DNA of 64,000 bases, taken from IMG/VR virus record IMGVR_UViG_3300045988_170943, positions 288,001-352,000 of that record, one strand, 5' to 3'. Source of the stretch: a virus. A model generated the notes under the pieces. It searched no databases, had not been told where the DNA came from, and was given only the letters and a program-made list of their open reading frames with translations. This document shows positions 1-9,765 of this stretch, piece after piece; within the stretch, counting starts at the first letter, position 1; each line of letters starts with the position of its first letter. The position numbers were made by a program, and so were the translations under genes.

Positions 1-19
1 ATGCTTCCGGTGGGCCATC

Positions 20-577
20 ATGTTCCTCTCTATGACACTCATCGCCGTCGGAGCCAGTTACCTCATGGGCGGCAAGGACACGGAACGTATCGTCTACCGT
101 GATGTTGTGAAAGACTCCCCTACATCTGCCGCACCCAGCACCCTGTCCAGCACTACGGAGAACACTCAGGGCGCCAACAGTACCACCCCTAGCGCGGGCA
201 GCAGTCAAGACAACGCCACGCCGCCCAGCCAGGCCGAGCAGGTCACCCCCACCACAGAGCCAGACAGTGGCAGCAAGTCCATCACCCAACAAGGCACCCA
301 AGAGAAAGAAAACCCCCACCCAGGAGACAGCAGCAGCAACTCAGGGGCCAGCAGGCAGAAGCAAGCCCCCAACACCTACACCCAGCAGAACCAGGAACAA
401 GTCAACCCGGACAGTCAGGCGAACAGAGACGGCACCAGTCATCAAGACAACCACAAGAAACAGGAAGATGACAACCAAGAAAGCCAGGCCAACCAGGATG
501 CAGGCAGCGGTGATCAGAATCCAGCCAACCAGGCAGGCCAAGGTACCGAAGAAGTAAACAACAACACAGGCGACTGA
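20..577 (+). CDS. S/T/Q/N-rich low-complexity protein with N-terminal hydrophobic segment, possibly truncated at window edge
   Basis: ORF track; hydrophobic N-terminus then long polar low-complexity region. Confidence 0.4.
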   Translation: MFLSMTLIAVGASYLMGGKDTERIVYRDVVKDSPTSAAPSTLSSTTENTQGANSTTPSAGSSQDNATPPSQAEQVTPTTEPDSGSKSITQQGTQEKENPHPGDSSSNSGASRQKQAPNTYTQQNQEQVNPDSQANRDGTSHQDNHKKQEDDNQESQANQDAGSGDQNPANQAGQGTEEVNNNTGD

Positions 578-631
578 GAAAATGTTACACTGAGGGTTAG
601 AACACTTACCTGAAACCCCTAGGGAGACCAC

Positions 632-2329
632 GTGAGGACCAGCAGGCAGACACGCAAGTACTCAGAGTACAGAGACGACCCAGACGTCCGGGTACCTGTA
701 GTCCGCTGGCTCATGGACAAATGGCTTATGTATGCGGCCTTCACCATGGCGGCAATCGTCATGGTTGCTGTCACCACCAGCCAAGGCAACGCATCCTACC
801 GGGCCATCACAGCCGCCCCCCAAAAAAACAGCCCCTACCAGGACATCCAGGCCGTTGACTCCCCAGGGATGCGATGGGCGAAAACACTCGTCGCAGAAAA
901 CCCCGACAACATCAAGGACTGGACACCCGGAACATCCAGCACCCCCAAGCACCCACTACCCAATGACACCTGCAAACAGGAGCAGGTACCCAGCACCGTC
1001 CTAGCCGCCTATGACGCTACCGGCAAAGACGTCACTGTCACCGTCCAGGTCTACGGGGCCGGGCAGGCAGCCAAACAGTTCACCACCTACAAGGATGGTG
1101 CATGGGCCAACTGCCTACAGAATATGGAGCAGGTGGCAAACGCCAAGGATAACGGCGTCAACGCATACAAGTTCGACGGCGGGTTCCTCATCACAGCAGG
1201 TGACGCCACCCTAGGAGCAGCAGTCAAGGACACAGGGCTACGGGACCGGCTACTCGCCCACTATGTTGCGCGTGTCCCTGCCACCCTCAACGACTCCCAG
1301 TGCGCAGCCCTTATCTCCACAGACCAGGACGCCACCCGCTCGTTCTACTACACCCCAAGCGCCTACAGTGGATACAAGCGAACCCAGGTGGTCCACACCA
1401 AGGTCACCATCAAAGGCAATGCCACCCCTATCGCACAGCAGTTGAAGGACATCGCTGACACTGACGCTGAGCAGCCGGAAGGTCCACTACCACAGGGATT
1501 CCCTGAACTCCCCAAGGAGATACAGAAGCCCACACACCCAAACATTGTGAACGACGTGGACGACTTCATTACACACGCAACCTACCCCATCAAGGACACC
1601 TCTGGCCCAGGCTGCGGATGGGCATGGTCGTCCCAGAAGTCCCCCACATATGATGAGCAGAATCTCGCTAAGACCCAGAACGAGGCCGTCACCAAGGCTC
1701 AAAACGAGGCGGATCAGCGGGCCACAGACTACATGAAGAACCGGCACTACTACTCCGGGTCTATGGTCACCTACCTAGCACAGGCGGACTCCTGGAACCG
1801 GTACGTCTCCCAAGTGGATGCTGTACACGAGAAGTGGACTTGGCTCACCACCCAAAGAGGCCTCATCGAGTCATCCTGGCGAGGATATGTCGATGAGCAC
1901 AACTCGTGGTTCACTTTCGACGACCGCAAACAGGCCGCCAAAACCACCTATGACCGTGAGGTCCTAACCTGCAACACTGCCAACGAGGAACTGAAGAAGT
2001 GGCAGACCCAGTACGGCGACGCCTGGAAACGGAAGCAAGAGGAGGCCACCCAGAGAGGACTACCAGCACCGTCCGCGTCACCCACACCATCGGCCAGCCC
2101 TAACCCCACACCAGGTACCGTCATGCCAGCCCCCACACCCGCCCCGGCAGCGACACCCACACCCACGCCTGGAGGATCCAGTGGCGACATCCCGGCACCC
2201 CCACCGGGATGCACCACGCCACCAGTGAAACCAGAGATCCTGGATCAGCAGAAGCCAGCCGAGCCGCAGCCCCCAACGATCCCCGATGGCGTGACTATCC
2301 CAGCCTCCTGGCCCCAGCCCAGTAAGTAA
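632..2329 (+). CDS. membrane-anchored protein with Pro/Thr-rich C-terminal linker, function unknown
   Basis: 565-aa ORF; N-terminal TM helix (AAFTMAAIVMVAVTT); C-terminal PAPTPAPAATPTPTPG repeats. Confidence 0.5.
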   Translation: MRTSRQTRKYSEYRDDPDVRVPVVRWLMDKWLMYAAFTMAAIVMVAVTTSQGNASYRAITAAPQKNSPYQDIQAVDSPGMRWAKTLVAENPDNIKDWTPGTSSTPKHPLPNDTCKQEQVPSTVLAAYDATGKDVTVTVQVYGAGQAAKQFTTYKDGAWANCLQNMEQVANAKDNGVNAYKFDGGFLITAGDATLGAAVKDTGLRDRLLAHYVARVPATLNDSQCAALISTDQDATRSFYYTPSAYSGYKRTQVVHTKVTIKGNATPIAQQLKDIADTDAEQPEGPLPQGFPELPKEIQKPTHPNIVNDVDDFITHATYPIKDTSGPGCGWAWSSQKSPTYDEQNLAKTQNEAVTKAQNEADQRATDYMKNRHYYSGSMVTYLAQADSWNRYVSQVDAVHEKWTWLTTQRGLIESSWRGYVDEHNSWFTFDDRKQAAKTTYDREVLTCNTANEELKKWQTQYGDAWKRKQEEATQRGLPAPSASPTPSASPNPTPGTVMPAPTPAPAATPTPTPGGSSGDIPAPPPGCTTPPVKPEILDQQKPAEPQPPTIPDGVTIPASWPQPSK

Positions 2330-2480
2330 CGAAACGCATACAACTATGGCGTCTATCACAGGGGGCTGGTATAATATGTGCAGACTTAATGCCCAGGCAC
2401 TTTCCCCGACCTGGGTGAAGTCATGCTCAAGCCATACATTGAGCAAAACACTAGAACAATAACACAACAAGGAGAAACGT

Positions 2481-2999
2481 ATGGCTTTCGGTCGCAACAG
2501 GATTGACTTCACAGGTCGGGTCACCAAGGACCCGGAACTACGGACCACCCCAAGTGGCAAGCAGGTCTGGAACTTCACCCTGGCCGACACGGTTCAACGT
2601 AAGGATCAGGCATCTGGTAAGTATGTCGATGACTACACCATCTTTATGCCCTGCCAGGTGTGGAACCGACCCGCAGAGAACGCTGCCGCATCATGCCGCA
2701 AAGGCGAATACATCACTGTTATTGGTTCGCTTAAGAAGTCTCCTGACTACCAGGATAAGCAAACTGGTGAGATGAAGGAGGGGCGACTCTATATCTCTGT
2801 GGACGAGTTCTGCCTGAACCTCCAGTTTGACCCAGCGCACTCGGAGCGTCAGCCTGGTCAGGGCAGTAGTGGCTACCAGCAGAAGAGCGGCGGTGGAAAT
2901 GGTTACCAGGGCGCCCCGCAGCAGCAGTTCCAGCAGCCCCAGCCCCCAGCGAGTGGTTTCGGGTTCGGTGGAAACTATGATGAAACCCCACCGTTCTGA
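2481..2999 (+). CDS. ssb: single-stranded DNA-binding protein
   Basis: OB-fold SSB N-terminus, Gly/Gln-rich linker and acidic C-terminal tail ending DETPPF; RBS aggagaaacgtATG. Confidence 0.85.
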   Translation: MAFGRNRIDFTGRVTKDPELRTTPSGKQVWNFTLADTVQRKDQASGKYVDDYTIFMPCQVWNRPAENAAASCRKGEYITVIGSLKKSPDYQDKQTGEMKEGRLYISVDEFCLNLQFDPAHSERQPGQGSSGYQQKSGGGNGYQGAPQQQFQQPQPPASGFGFGGNYDETPPF

Positions 3000-3218
3000 T
3001 CCCACGATCTGAGCGTGCAAGAATGCAGTAGGTGGTCCAGGGAGTTCGTTCTCACCTGGGCCACCTACTACTCTGTCCGACCAAACCCTGGAGACCACAG
3101 ATGTTCCCACGTGATTGGTATTCGACAATAGTGCAATACACATGAGGCGATATGATTGATACACTAATGGACGACAATACGCCCACAGGGTTTAACGAGT
3201 TAGGGGACAGGAGTCGGC

Positions 3219-4088
3219 GTGGAAATTTACGTGGACAAGGTGCTGCCGAAGTGGCTTGCAAACAGGGTTGCCCCCACCCCAAAACTTGATGCGAATGACG
3301 AGGACCAGGTACCACCGCCCCCACCACCAACAGATGTTGACAAGATTGAGGCTGGGGAGGAAGTAGCCGTTCCCAGATTCACGGACATCTTCAAGGAGAC
3401 TGGCGACCCCACTCTAAAAAGCGCAACCAGGTTCACCGACTACCTGAGCGTCGAGGAGAACAAACGCAAAGCCACTCGGGCTGCCATCATAGCCCTGCTC
3501 GTCCTCCTGTTCGCCGGAATCATCTTCATCGGATACCTGGCATCCCGCCCCGCCAAACCCACCCCCAAGCCCGCAACCACAGCAACCGCCACACAGCCCC
3601 CCATTGACGCTCAGTGGGACGCTGGAACTATCGAGAACCCGATCACCAAGGCTCTACCAGATCACCCCACACCCACCGCCTCAGGGGTGCGCACAGACGT
3701 CACCGACACGGCCATCACCTTCAGTAGCGGCTACACCCTAAATCTTAAGGACGCAAAAGCCACCAGCGGGCAGGAAGCATGCACTGTCACACAGCCCACC
3801 GACTTCTGTTACTCTGGAACCATCACAGCAGGTAAGGTTGAAGGTCGGATTTACACACTCAGGGACACAGTACACTCACGCTTGTTCGACGGGGCGGCAG
3901 GATGGAAGGCCGCCACCAAGGAGAACGCCATCCTTGCCGGAACCCTCAACATCATCACAGACTCCACCGGTAGCCGAACGCCAGCCGTCGTCATAGGCGC
4001 CGGAGATGGGGCAGGAGTCATGATAACCACCAACAGTGATCAGGCCGCACAGGCCATCATGAACGCTATCACAGTCACCAAGATGTGA
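3219..4088 (+). CDS. membrane protein with Pro-rich segments, unknown function
   Basis: ORF with central TM helix (AIIALLVLLFAGIIFIGYL). Confidence 0.45.
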   Translation: MEIYVDKVLPKWLANRVAPTPKLDANDEDQVPPPPPPTDVDKIEAGEEVAVPRFTDIFKETGDPTLKSATRFTDYLSVEENKRKATRAAIIALLVLLFAGIIFIGYLASRPAKPTPKPATTATATQPPIDAQWDAGTIENPITKALPDHPTPTASGVRTDVTDTAITFSSGYTLNLKDAKATSGQEACTVTQPTDFCYSGTITAGKVEGRIYTLRDTVHSRLFDGAAGWKAATKENAILAGTLNIITDSTGSRTPAVVIGAGDGAGVMITTNSDQAAQAIMNAITVTKM

Positions 4089-4186
4089 CACGGGGTGCCA
4101 GCCACACCACTCGTCACGCAGTAACTAAACGCATACCGCACTACCACCAAAGAACACGCGCAATCGCCAGGCATTAAGGAGCACGC

Positions 4187-5260
4187 ATGTACACAACAGT
4201 AGGCGCCCTAGCGGCAGGCTACATCATCGGCATGCCCACTCTCATGGCCTTGTTCCTATTCGCCCACAACCGGCTCGTCACCGAGAAGAAGATAGAGCGA
4301 GCCACCCTCAAGAAAAAGAAGGGCACCCTTAAAGACTCCAGCAAAGACCCATCCAACATCGTCCCCCTGTCCGTCACTATCTGGGAACGACTCAACTTCC
4401 TCCTCAAAGAGGACACGCGACTACTAAGGTCAGGAAGCAAGAAGGACGACAACCAGGACGGCAAGGACGAGAAGGTGCCAGAGAGCGGCATCACCAACAA
4501 GCAAGCGTTTTTCGGGATCCTCACTGCTGGACTCATCATGTTCGTCTCACCTGCATTCGGTGCCACATGGTGGATGCTCGCCGCCGGAGGATTCACATTC
4601 TACAGTGCTATCGGGTTCGCCTCATCCACCGCAAAACCCATCATGGAGGCCCGCAAGAAAGCCATCACCAAGATGGTCAACATCGCCAAGTCCAAACTCG
4701 GCAACACGGAAACCAACCCCAGTGAGATCGTCACCGTCCTAGAATGGGATCAACTTGTCAAACCACTAAGGCTTACGTTCACGATCCCGCACACGTTCAA
4801 CGGGGAAATGGGAGAAGACGCATTCCTCCGACAGTTCAACCAGGGGTTCGGGCAGGTGCGCACATTCGTCCCAGACAACCGCGACCCACAGAAACCAGGC
4901 TGGGACTACGACCAGGACATTCTCACCCTGTACGCCGTACCCCCACTACCAGTCATCGCACCATTCAGCGAGCACTACGTCATCGGGGAAGCAATCGCCA
5001 AGTCATTCATCCCCATCGGACTGGGTATCGACGGTGGCCTGGAACTACCAAACCCTGAGACCGGGGAGATTGAGCACGTCATCGGGTTCGACCTAGCCGG
5101 TGAGCAGAAAGCCCTCGCAGACAAGTACGGAATCAAGGTCGCAGAAAACATCTCTGGCGCATCCCCACAGGGCCTCGTCGCCGGACCCACAGGTGGAGGC
5201 AAGTCACTGTCCATCGACACTCCCGTCCTTGTTCGTGTCCCTAAGAAACCGGTTGCGTGA
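4187..5260 (+). CDS. membrane protein, unknown function
   Basis: 357-aa ORF with several hydrophobic helices near N-terminus. Confidence 0.5.
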   Translation: MYTTVGALAAGYIIGMPTLMALFLFAHNRLVTEKKIERATLKKKKGTLKDSSKDPSNIVPLSVTIWERLNFLLKEDTRLLRSGSKKDDNQDGKDEKVPESGITNKQAFFGILTAGLIMFVSPAFGATWWMLAAGGFTFYSAIGFASSTAKPIMEARKKAITKMVNIAKSKLGNTETNPSEIVTVLEWDQLVKPLRLTFTIPHTFNGEMGEDAFLRQFNQGFGQVRTFVPDNRDPQKPGWDYDQDILTLYAVPPLPVIAPFSEHYVIGEAIAKSFIPIGLGIDGGLELPNPETGEIEHVIGFDLAGEQKALADKYGIKVAENISGASPQGLVAGPTGGGKSLSIDTPVLVRVPKKPVA

Positions 5261-5296
5261 CACGTTTTCAGGCGATATAATGCCAGTAGGCCGCAA

Positions 5297-5572
5297 TTGG
5301 TGACAAACAGCACGAAGGAAACAGACATGCCCACATACGAGGAACGCCTAGCATCCATGAAGGCACAGCGTCAGGAAAACGGTGGAGTAAAAGGCCTCTA
5401 CCACGCCAACATCAACGTACTCGACCGAAACACTCTTGAGGACGCTATGAAGCATCCAGAGAACTACCCGAACCTCACTGTCCGCGTCAGTGGCTATGCC
5501 GTCAACTTCGTCAAACTAACCCATGAGCAACAGTTAGACGTCCTCCGCCGCACCTTCCACTCCCAGGCCTGA
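5297..5572 (+). CDS. grcA: autonomous glycyl-radical cofactor (GrcA/YfiD-like, PFL C-terminal domain)
   Basis: [48 protein letters not shown] closely matches GrcA/PFL glycyl-radical motif RVSGYAV and flanking residues. Confidence 0.8.
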   Translation: MVTNSTKETDMPTYEERLASMKAQRQENGGVKGLYHANINVLDRNTLEDAMKHPENYPNLTVRVSGYAVNFVKLTHEQQLDVLRRTFHSQA

Positions 5573-5832
5573 ACCTAACCACACCTCAAGACCGGAACGC
5601 TCCTGCATCTTGGTGGACACCCGAACAAGCCCCATGAGTGCCCAAAGGCGGCAGTATCCTACCGTATCCTCTGAATGACAAACGTGAAGCATGCCAGCAC
5701 TGAAATCAATCAGGCGGCATGCTTCGTCATCTCACCAGGGGTACCCTGCTCAGGTTCCTCTACCACCACAAGGACGCTCCGCACCCTAGACGCAACCGCC
5801 CTATTCGCGCACAGGAAGTGAACCCACCTAAC

Positions 5833-6351
5833 ATGACCAGGTACATCGGGTACAGTAGATTCGACATCGCCAACGGCCCTGGCATTCGCGTATCCATCTT
5901 CCTGTCCGGGTGCTCATTCAAATGCAAAGGGTGCTGGTCCGCCACCGCCCAGAACCCACGCATGGGAGACCTCTTCACGACAGACATCATCAGAATGGTG
6001 CTCGACGACTGTGCGCAAACAGGCATCGCCGGGCTCTCCATCCTTGGTGGTGAACCCTTCGAGAACACTGACGCCACCAGGGAACTCGTGCGAGCATTCC
6101 GGGCCAAGTTCGGGAACACTAAAACTATCTGGGTCTGGTCAGGGTTCTACCTGCACGAGATACTAGCAGACTCCAGAAAGGTAGCCATCCTCAAAGACGT
6201 GGACGTACTCGTTGACGGCAGATTTATCCTGGAACAGCGAGACACCAGCCTCAGGTTCCGTGGGTCACGCAACCAGTCAGTGCTTGACGCCCCACGATCC
6301 ATCCGGGCCAGTGAAGCCGTCTGGTGGGAAGGAATCAAACCCGGCCAGTGA
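5833..6351 (+). CDS. nrdG: anaerobic ribonucleotide reductase activating protein (radical SAM, NrdG family)
   Basis: DIANGPGIRVSIFLSGCSFKCKGCW (CxxxCxxC), IWVWSGF, VLVDGRF, LRFRGSRNQ match NrdG; in-frame upstream start at 5719 is possible. Confidence 0.8.
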   Translation: MTRYIGYSRFDIANGPGIRVSIFLSGCSFKCKGCWSATAQNPRMGDLFTTDIIRMVLDDCAQTGIAGLSILGGEPFENTDATRELVRAFRAKFGNTKTIWVWSGFYLHEILADSRKVAILKDVDVLVDGRFILEQRDTSLRFRGSRNQSVLDAPRSIRASEAVWWEGIKPGQ

Positions 6352-6436
6352 AGCACGCTAGAACTGCAAAACTCGGGTTAGAAACCATCACAGGCAACCC
6401 CAAAGACTACCCGCGTAATCAGGGAGAGAACGGATC

Positions 6437-6649
6437 ATGGCAAAGAAGTATGTTCACCTCAGCCCGAAGACGAATCAAATGGAGGAATGTGTAGGCCCAG
6501 ACAGGTGCAAATACAGGAACCAGAACGTCCCGCACGCTGAGGCTGGAGACACCGCCCGCATCGCCGACATCATGGCAAAGGCACACTCCAACGGGACATG
6601 TTCGGCACCTCAAGCACAAACAACAAGGACAAAGACTCTGAAGCACTAG
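6437..6649 (+). CDS. small Cys-containing protein, hypothetical
   Basis: 70-aa ORF with RBS ggagagaacggatcATG; overlaps next ORF. Confidence 0.25.
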   Translation: MAKKYVHLSPKTNQMEECVGPDRCKYRNQNVPHAEAGDTARIADIMAKAHSNGTCSAPQAQTTRTKTLKH

Positions 6650-7752
6650 CAAGGGTTAAGAAGATCAGGAAAGACCGCGGAGTCAGCACCCCCACAGAAG
6701 GGCACCTGGCAGAAGGACTGGACCGCAACGGAGACTTCAAAGTCAGTTTCCCGCCAACCAGTATCGGCTCCCAGTTCTCCATCGACACCTTTGAAGGGGA
6801 AACCCAGTACACCGTCACAGGACCCAAGGGGTACGACCAGATAGTCGCTGAAGACAGCACCGGCGAGAAACGCATCTTCAACCGTTCAGACTACGGCCCA
6901 TACGTCATAACCAGTGTCCTGAACACGGTGGCTGCACACAATGAAGCCATCCAGGGTGCGCGAGGGTACAGGCTACGTCAGGCCAAGAGCCTCAGAGACA
7001 GTCAGCGCACGTACATGAAAAAGGCGATCAGGGACGCAAGTTTCGATGAAGGTGGCGCAGCACATGGTGGCCTCAACGCCAACAGCATCAAATACGACCC
7101 GAACACTGACACCATAACAATGCATGTCTCCAGGGACGACCACCCCAGGAGGGCGGCAGCCGTCGTGACAGTAGACCGCGCTGGTGACGCCGTGATCAAG
7201 AACGCTATCGACGGCACGCTAGAAAGCGTCCTCAAGAAGAAGGGCGTCAGACAGGAAATGCGTCGCATGTACGAGAGAGAAAGGGATGTGGCTGTCGCCC
7301 AGAACCGGTACGACCGGCTCCCCTATGTGCGCATGACAAACTACCCCGCCCACATCGACGAGTTCATTGACAGCGATGTCGAGTCATTCAGACGTGAGAA
7401 GGAAAACCGCCTCAACATCGCTAAAGCCCGAGTCCGGGACGTCCTCACCGACGAAGACAGTATGAGCACATTCAAGATAGGTAAGGACAACAAGGGTATC
7501 TTTGTCGTAAAGACAGACAAGGTGACAGGAGACACGGCCAGCGGATATATCCAGGTCGGAGAAGACGGAAGATTCAACGGCCTGGAAGAGTACAACAAGG
7601 ATCACAAGGCCACCAAAAAACTACTCACCTCAAGCCTGAGCAGGGTAGCCCCAGCGGACCTGAAAGAACTCGCTGACTCCTACAACGCACCAGACGTCAC
7701 CAAGGAAGACCTCGAAAGGTACTACCCACCAAAGAGGACCAGCAAGAAGTGA
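6598..7752 (+). CDS. hypothetical protein
   Basis: 384-aa ORF followed by rho-independent terminator; true start may be downstream. Confidence 0.5.
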   Translation: MFGTSSTNNKDKDSEALARVKKIRKDRGVSTPTEGHLAEGLDRNGDFKVSFPPTSIGSQFSIDTFEGETQYTVTGPKGYDQIVAEDSTGEKRIFNRSDYGPYVITSVLNTVAAHNEAIQGARGYRLRQAKSLRDSQRTYMKKAIRDASFDEGGAAHGGLNANSIKYDPNTDTITMHVSRDDHPRRAAAVVTVDRAGDAVIKNAIDGTLESVLKKKGVRQEMRRMYERERDVAVAQNRYDRLPYVRMTNYPAHIDEFIDSDVESFRREKENRLNIAKARVRDVLTDEDSMSTFKIGKDNKGIFVVKTDKVTGDTASGYIQVGEDGRFNGLEEYNKDHKATKKLLTSSLSRVAPADLKELADSYNAPDVTKEDLERYYPPKRTSKK

Positions 7753-7774
7753 CCCCAGCCCCTTCACAGGCAGC

Positions 7775-7826
7775 AACAACCGGCGCACGTACAGAATCCA
7801 TTACGTGCGTCGGTTGTTTACATGTT
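7775..7826 (+). terminator. rho-independent terminator
   Basis: 17-bp stem aacaaccggcgcacgta / tacgtgcgtcggttgtt (1 mismatch) followed by tttacatgttt. Confidence 0.6.
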
Positions 7827-7891
7827 TGCGTGCTTTAGAAAAACAGGCGTATACACAATCTCCACCCAACCTTCCCCCTTAGGAGGGAACC

Positions 7892-9187
7892 ATGAGCGAA
7901 CAGGCACAACCAGTCAGATACCATGCGACCCCAACAGGGCAGGTTCGCGAGTGTCACGCAACAAAGCGCCGCTGCCCACGAAATCCTCTCCTGCACGGTG
8001 ACACCAAGGAAGAGGTTGAGGCGATCATCCGTGAGGGCCTAGAGACGAAGCACGGCCCGTTCGCCCAGATCTACCGTCCACGCCGCCGCCGCGGCATGGT
8101 TGAACTACAGCCGGGCGAGATCTTCCGTAACAACCACGTGATCACGGAGCAGGAAGCCAAGGTAGTTGAAGACCTGGCGAAGAAGACCAGGAAGTCAACA
8201 CGCCAGCGGTTCCACCGCGACCGCTACGACCTGAAGGGCGGAGACCCAAAGATCGCAGAAGAGCGCCTGAACAAGGCCCGCGAGTACGCCGACAAGCAAA
8301 ACAACCCTCACCTGCTTCAGGAAGTCCGAGAGGCTGACACTGTTCTAGCGAGCGGCAAGTTCTCCAAGGGCGAAGGAGAAAACGCTGAAGAGTTCACATC
8401 GGACGACTACCTCAATGACTACGTGAAGCAAAAGCGAGTCAAGGAAGAGCGGGAGAAACTGGAGGAGAAGATCAAAGACTTCGCCTCCAGGGACGACGTT
8501 GAGCCCAAACGCTACGAGATTGAGAACGATGACAACAAGGTCATTGTTGACATCAAGGACGGACAAGTAGATGAGGACTTCCTGGCAACTCTCCCAAAGC
8601 CTCTCCAGAGGAAACTCACCAAACCTGAACTCAAGGTTGACATAAACAAGGCCCGCGAGCACCTTTCCAAGGAGCAGTTGGCTGACATCACCACAAAGTC
8701 CTCCAAGATTGACGTCATCATTGGACGAGAGCGCATTGTCGGCCAGTACGTCGTTGAGGCTGACACAGAACTAGAGGGAGAGACCAACAAGGAGAAACTA
8801 GAGTCAGGCATGGAGAACCTGTCCCAGGTTTACTCCGACGCTAAGGCATCCTTCGGTGAGACCCAACGCGACATCAAGAAACGCAAGGACAAGATGAACT
8901 CAGCAATGAAGGATGTTGTCCGAGACGAGAACAAGACCGGTAACCCGACCTACATTCCTGCACGCGCCAAAGGCAACGGCCTGATCGCCACCAACACCAT
9001 GCGAGTTAACCAGAATGCCGCAGTCGCCAACCTATCCAAGGATGAACTGAAGAAGGTCTCAGTGGTAGAACGGAAGGCTAATGAGAGCCTGGCAAGGACA
9101 TGCCTAGAGGCAGGCGACATCACCCAGGAACAGTTCGACAAATTGTTTGGTAAAAGAAAGGTGACTGTCACTGTCCGGGAGAAGTAA
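7892..9187 (+). CDS. K/E-rich charged hypothetical protein
   Basis: 431-aa ORF, RBS aggagggaaccATG. Confidence 0.55.
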   Translation: MSEQAQPVRYHATPTGQVRECHATKRRCPRNPLLHGDTKEEVEAIIREGLETKHGPFAQIYRPRRRRGMVELQPGEIFRNNHVITEQEAKVVEDLAKKTRKSTRQRFHRDRYDLKGGDPKIAEERLNKAREYADKQNNPHLLQEVREADTVLASGKFSKGEGENAEEFTSDDYLNDYVKQKRVKEEREKLEEKIKDFASRDDVEPKRYEIENDDNKVIVDIKDGQVDEDFLATLPKPLQRKLTKPELKVDINKAREHLSKEQLADITTKSSKIDVIIGRERIVGQYVVEADTELEGETNKEKLESGMENLSQVYSDAKASFGETQRDIKKRKDKMNSAMKDVVRDENKTGNPTYIPARAKGNGLIATNTMRVNQNAAVANLSKDELKKVSVVERKANESLARTCLEAGDITQEQFDKLFGKRKVTVTVREK

Positions 9188-9203
9188 GAACAAATCCAGG
9201 CAA

Positions 9204-9533
9204 GTGACAAAACCAGACAACCAACAAGGAGAGGTCACCATCATGGCAACTTTCACCGAGACCCTAGTAGACATGTACGTGGACGCCTGGCCGAACCAGG
9301 TGGACAAGGTTGACTCAGAGACCATCGTGTCCCTGAACGGCAACAACACGGAGGTCGTCTTCGAGGCATACCACGACACGGACACATCCGTCGAGTCTGT
9401 GACCGTATACGCTGACGGTATCGACATGGGGACGTTCGACATGCGGTCTGATAAGGAGCAGCAGGAGATGACTGACCTCCTCCTGGACACCCTCGAAATT
9501 GAGGGCGTGGACGACGGTGAGGGGGACGAGTAA
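9204..9533 (+). CDS. small highly acidic protein (possible DNA mimic/anti-restriction, speculative)
   Basis: 109 aa, strongly D/E-rich; RBS aggagaggtcaccatcATG. Confidence 0.5.
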   Translation: MTKPDNQQGEVTIMATFTETLVDMYVDAWPNQVDKVDSETIVSLNGNNTEVVFEAYHDTDTSVESVTVYADGIDMGTFDMRSDKEQQEMTDLLLDTLEIEGVDDGEGDE

Positions 9534-9552
9534 CCTTCAACCTAGTCCTTCT

Positions 9553-9625
9553 GGTGAGGCCCGCAAGCCAAGGCGAGATAGAGAACCCTAGTTGTTTCTT
9601 CATCGCTCATGGTTTGCGGGCCTCA
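9553..9625 (+). promoter_or_regulatory. long-range inverted repeat (13-bp arms, ~47-nt loop)
   Basis: gtgaggcccgcaa ... ttgcgggcctcac. Confidence 0.4.
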
Positions 9626-9765
9626 CTGATCATGCCCACCCCAGTACTCTGTTTGACAAAATCTAGGGTAGCATGGCAGTATACGACAGGTACCTCCCGC
9701 ACCACTTTCCGGTACAGATCTTGTTGTAAACCAGTAGTTGTGAAACTAAATGAAGGGATACGGCT

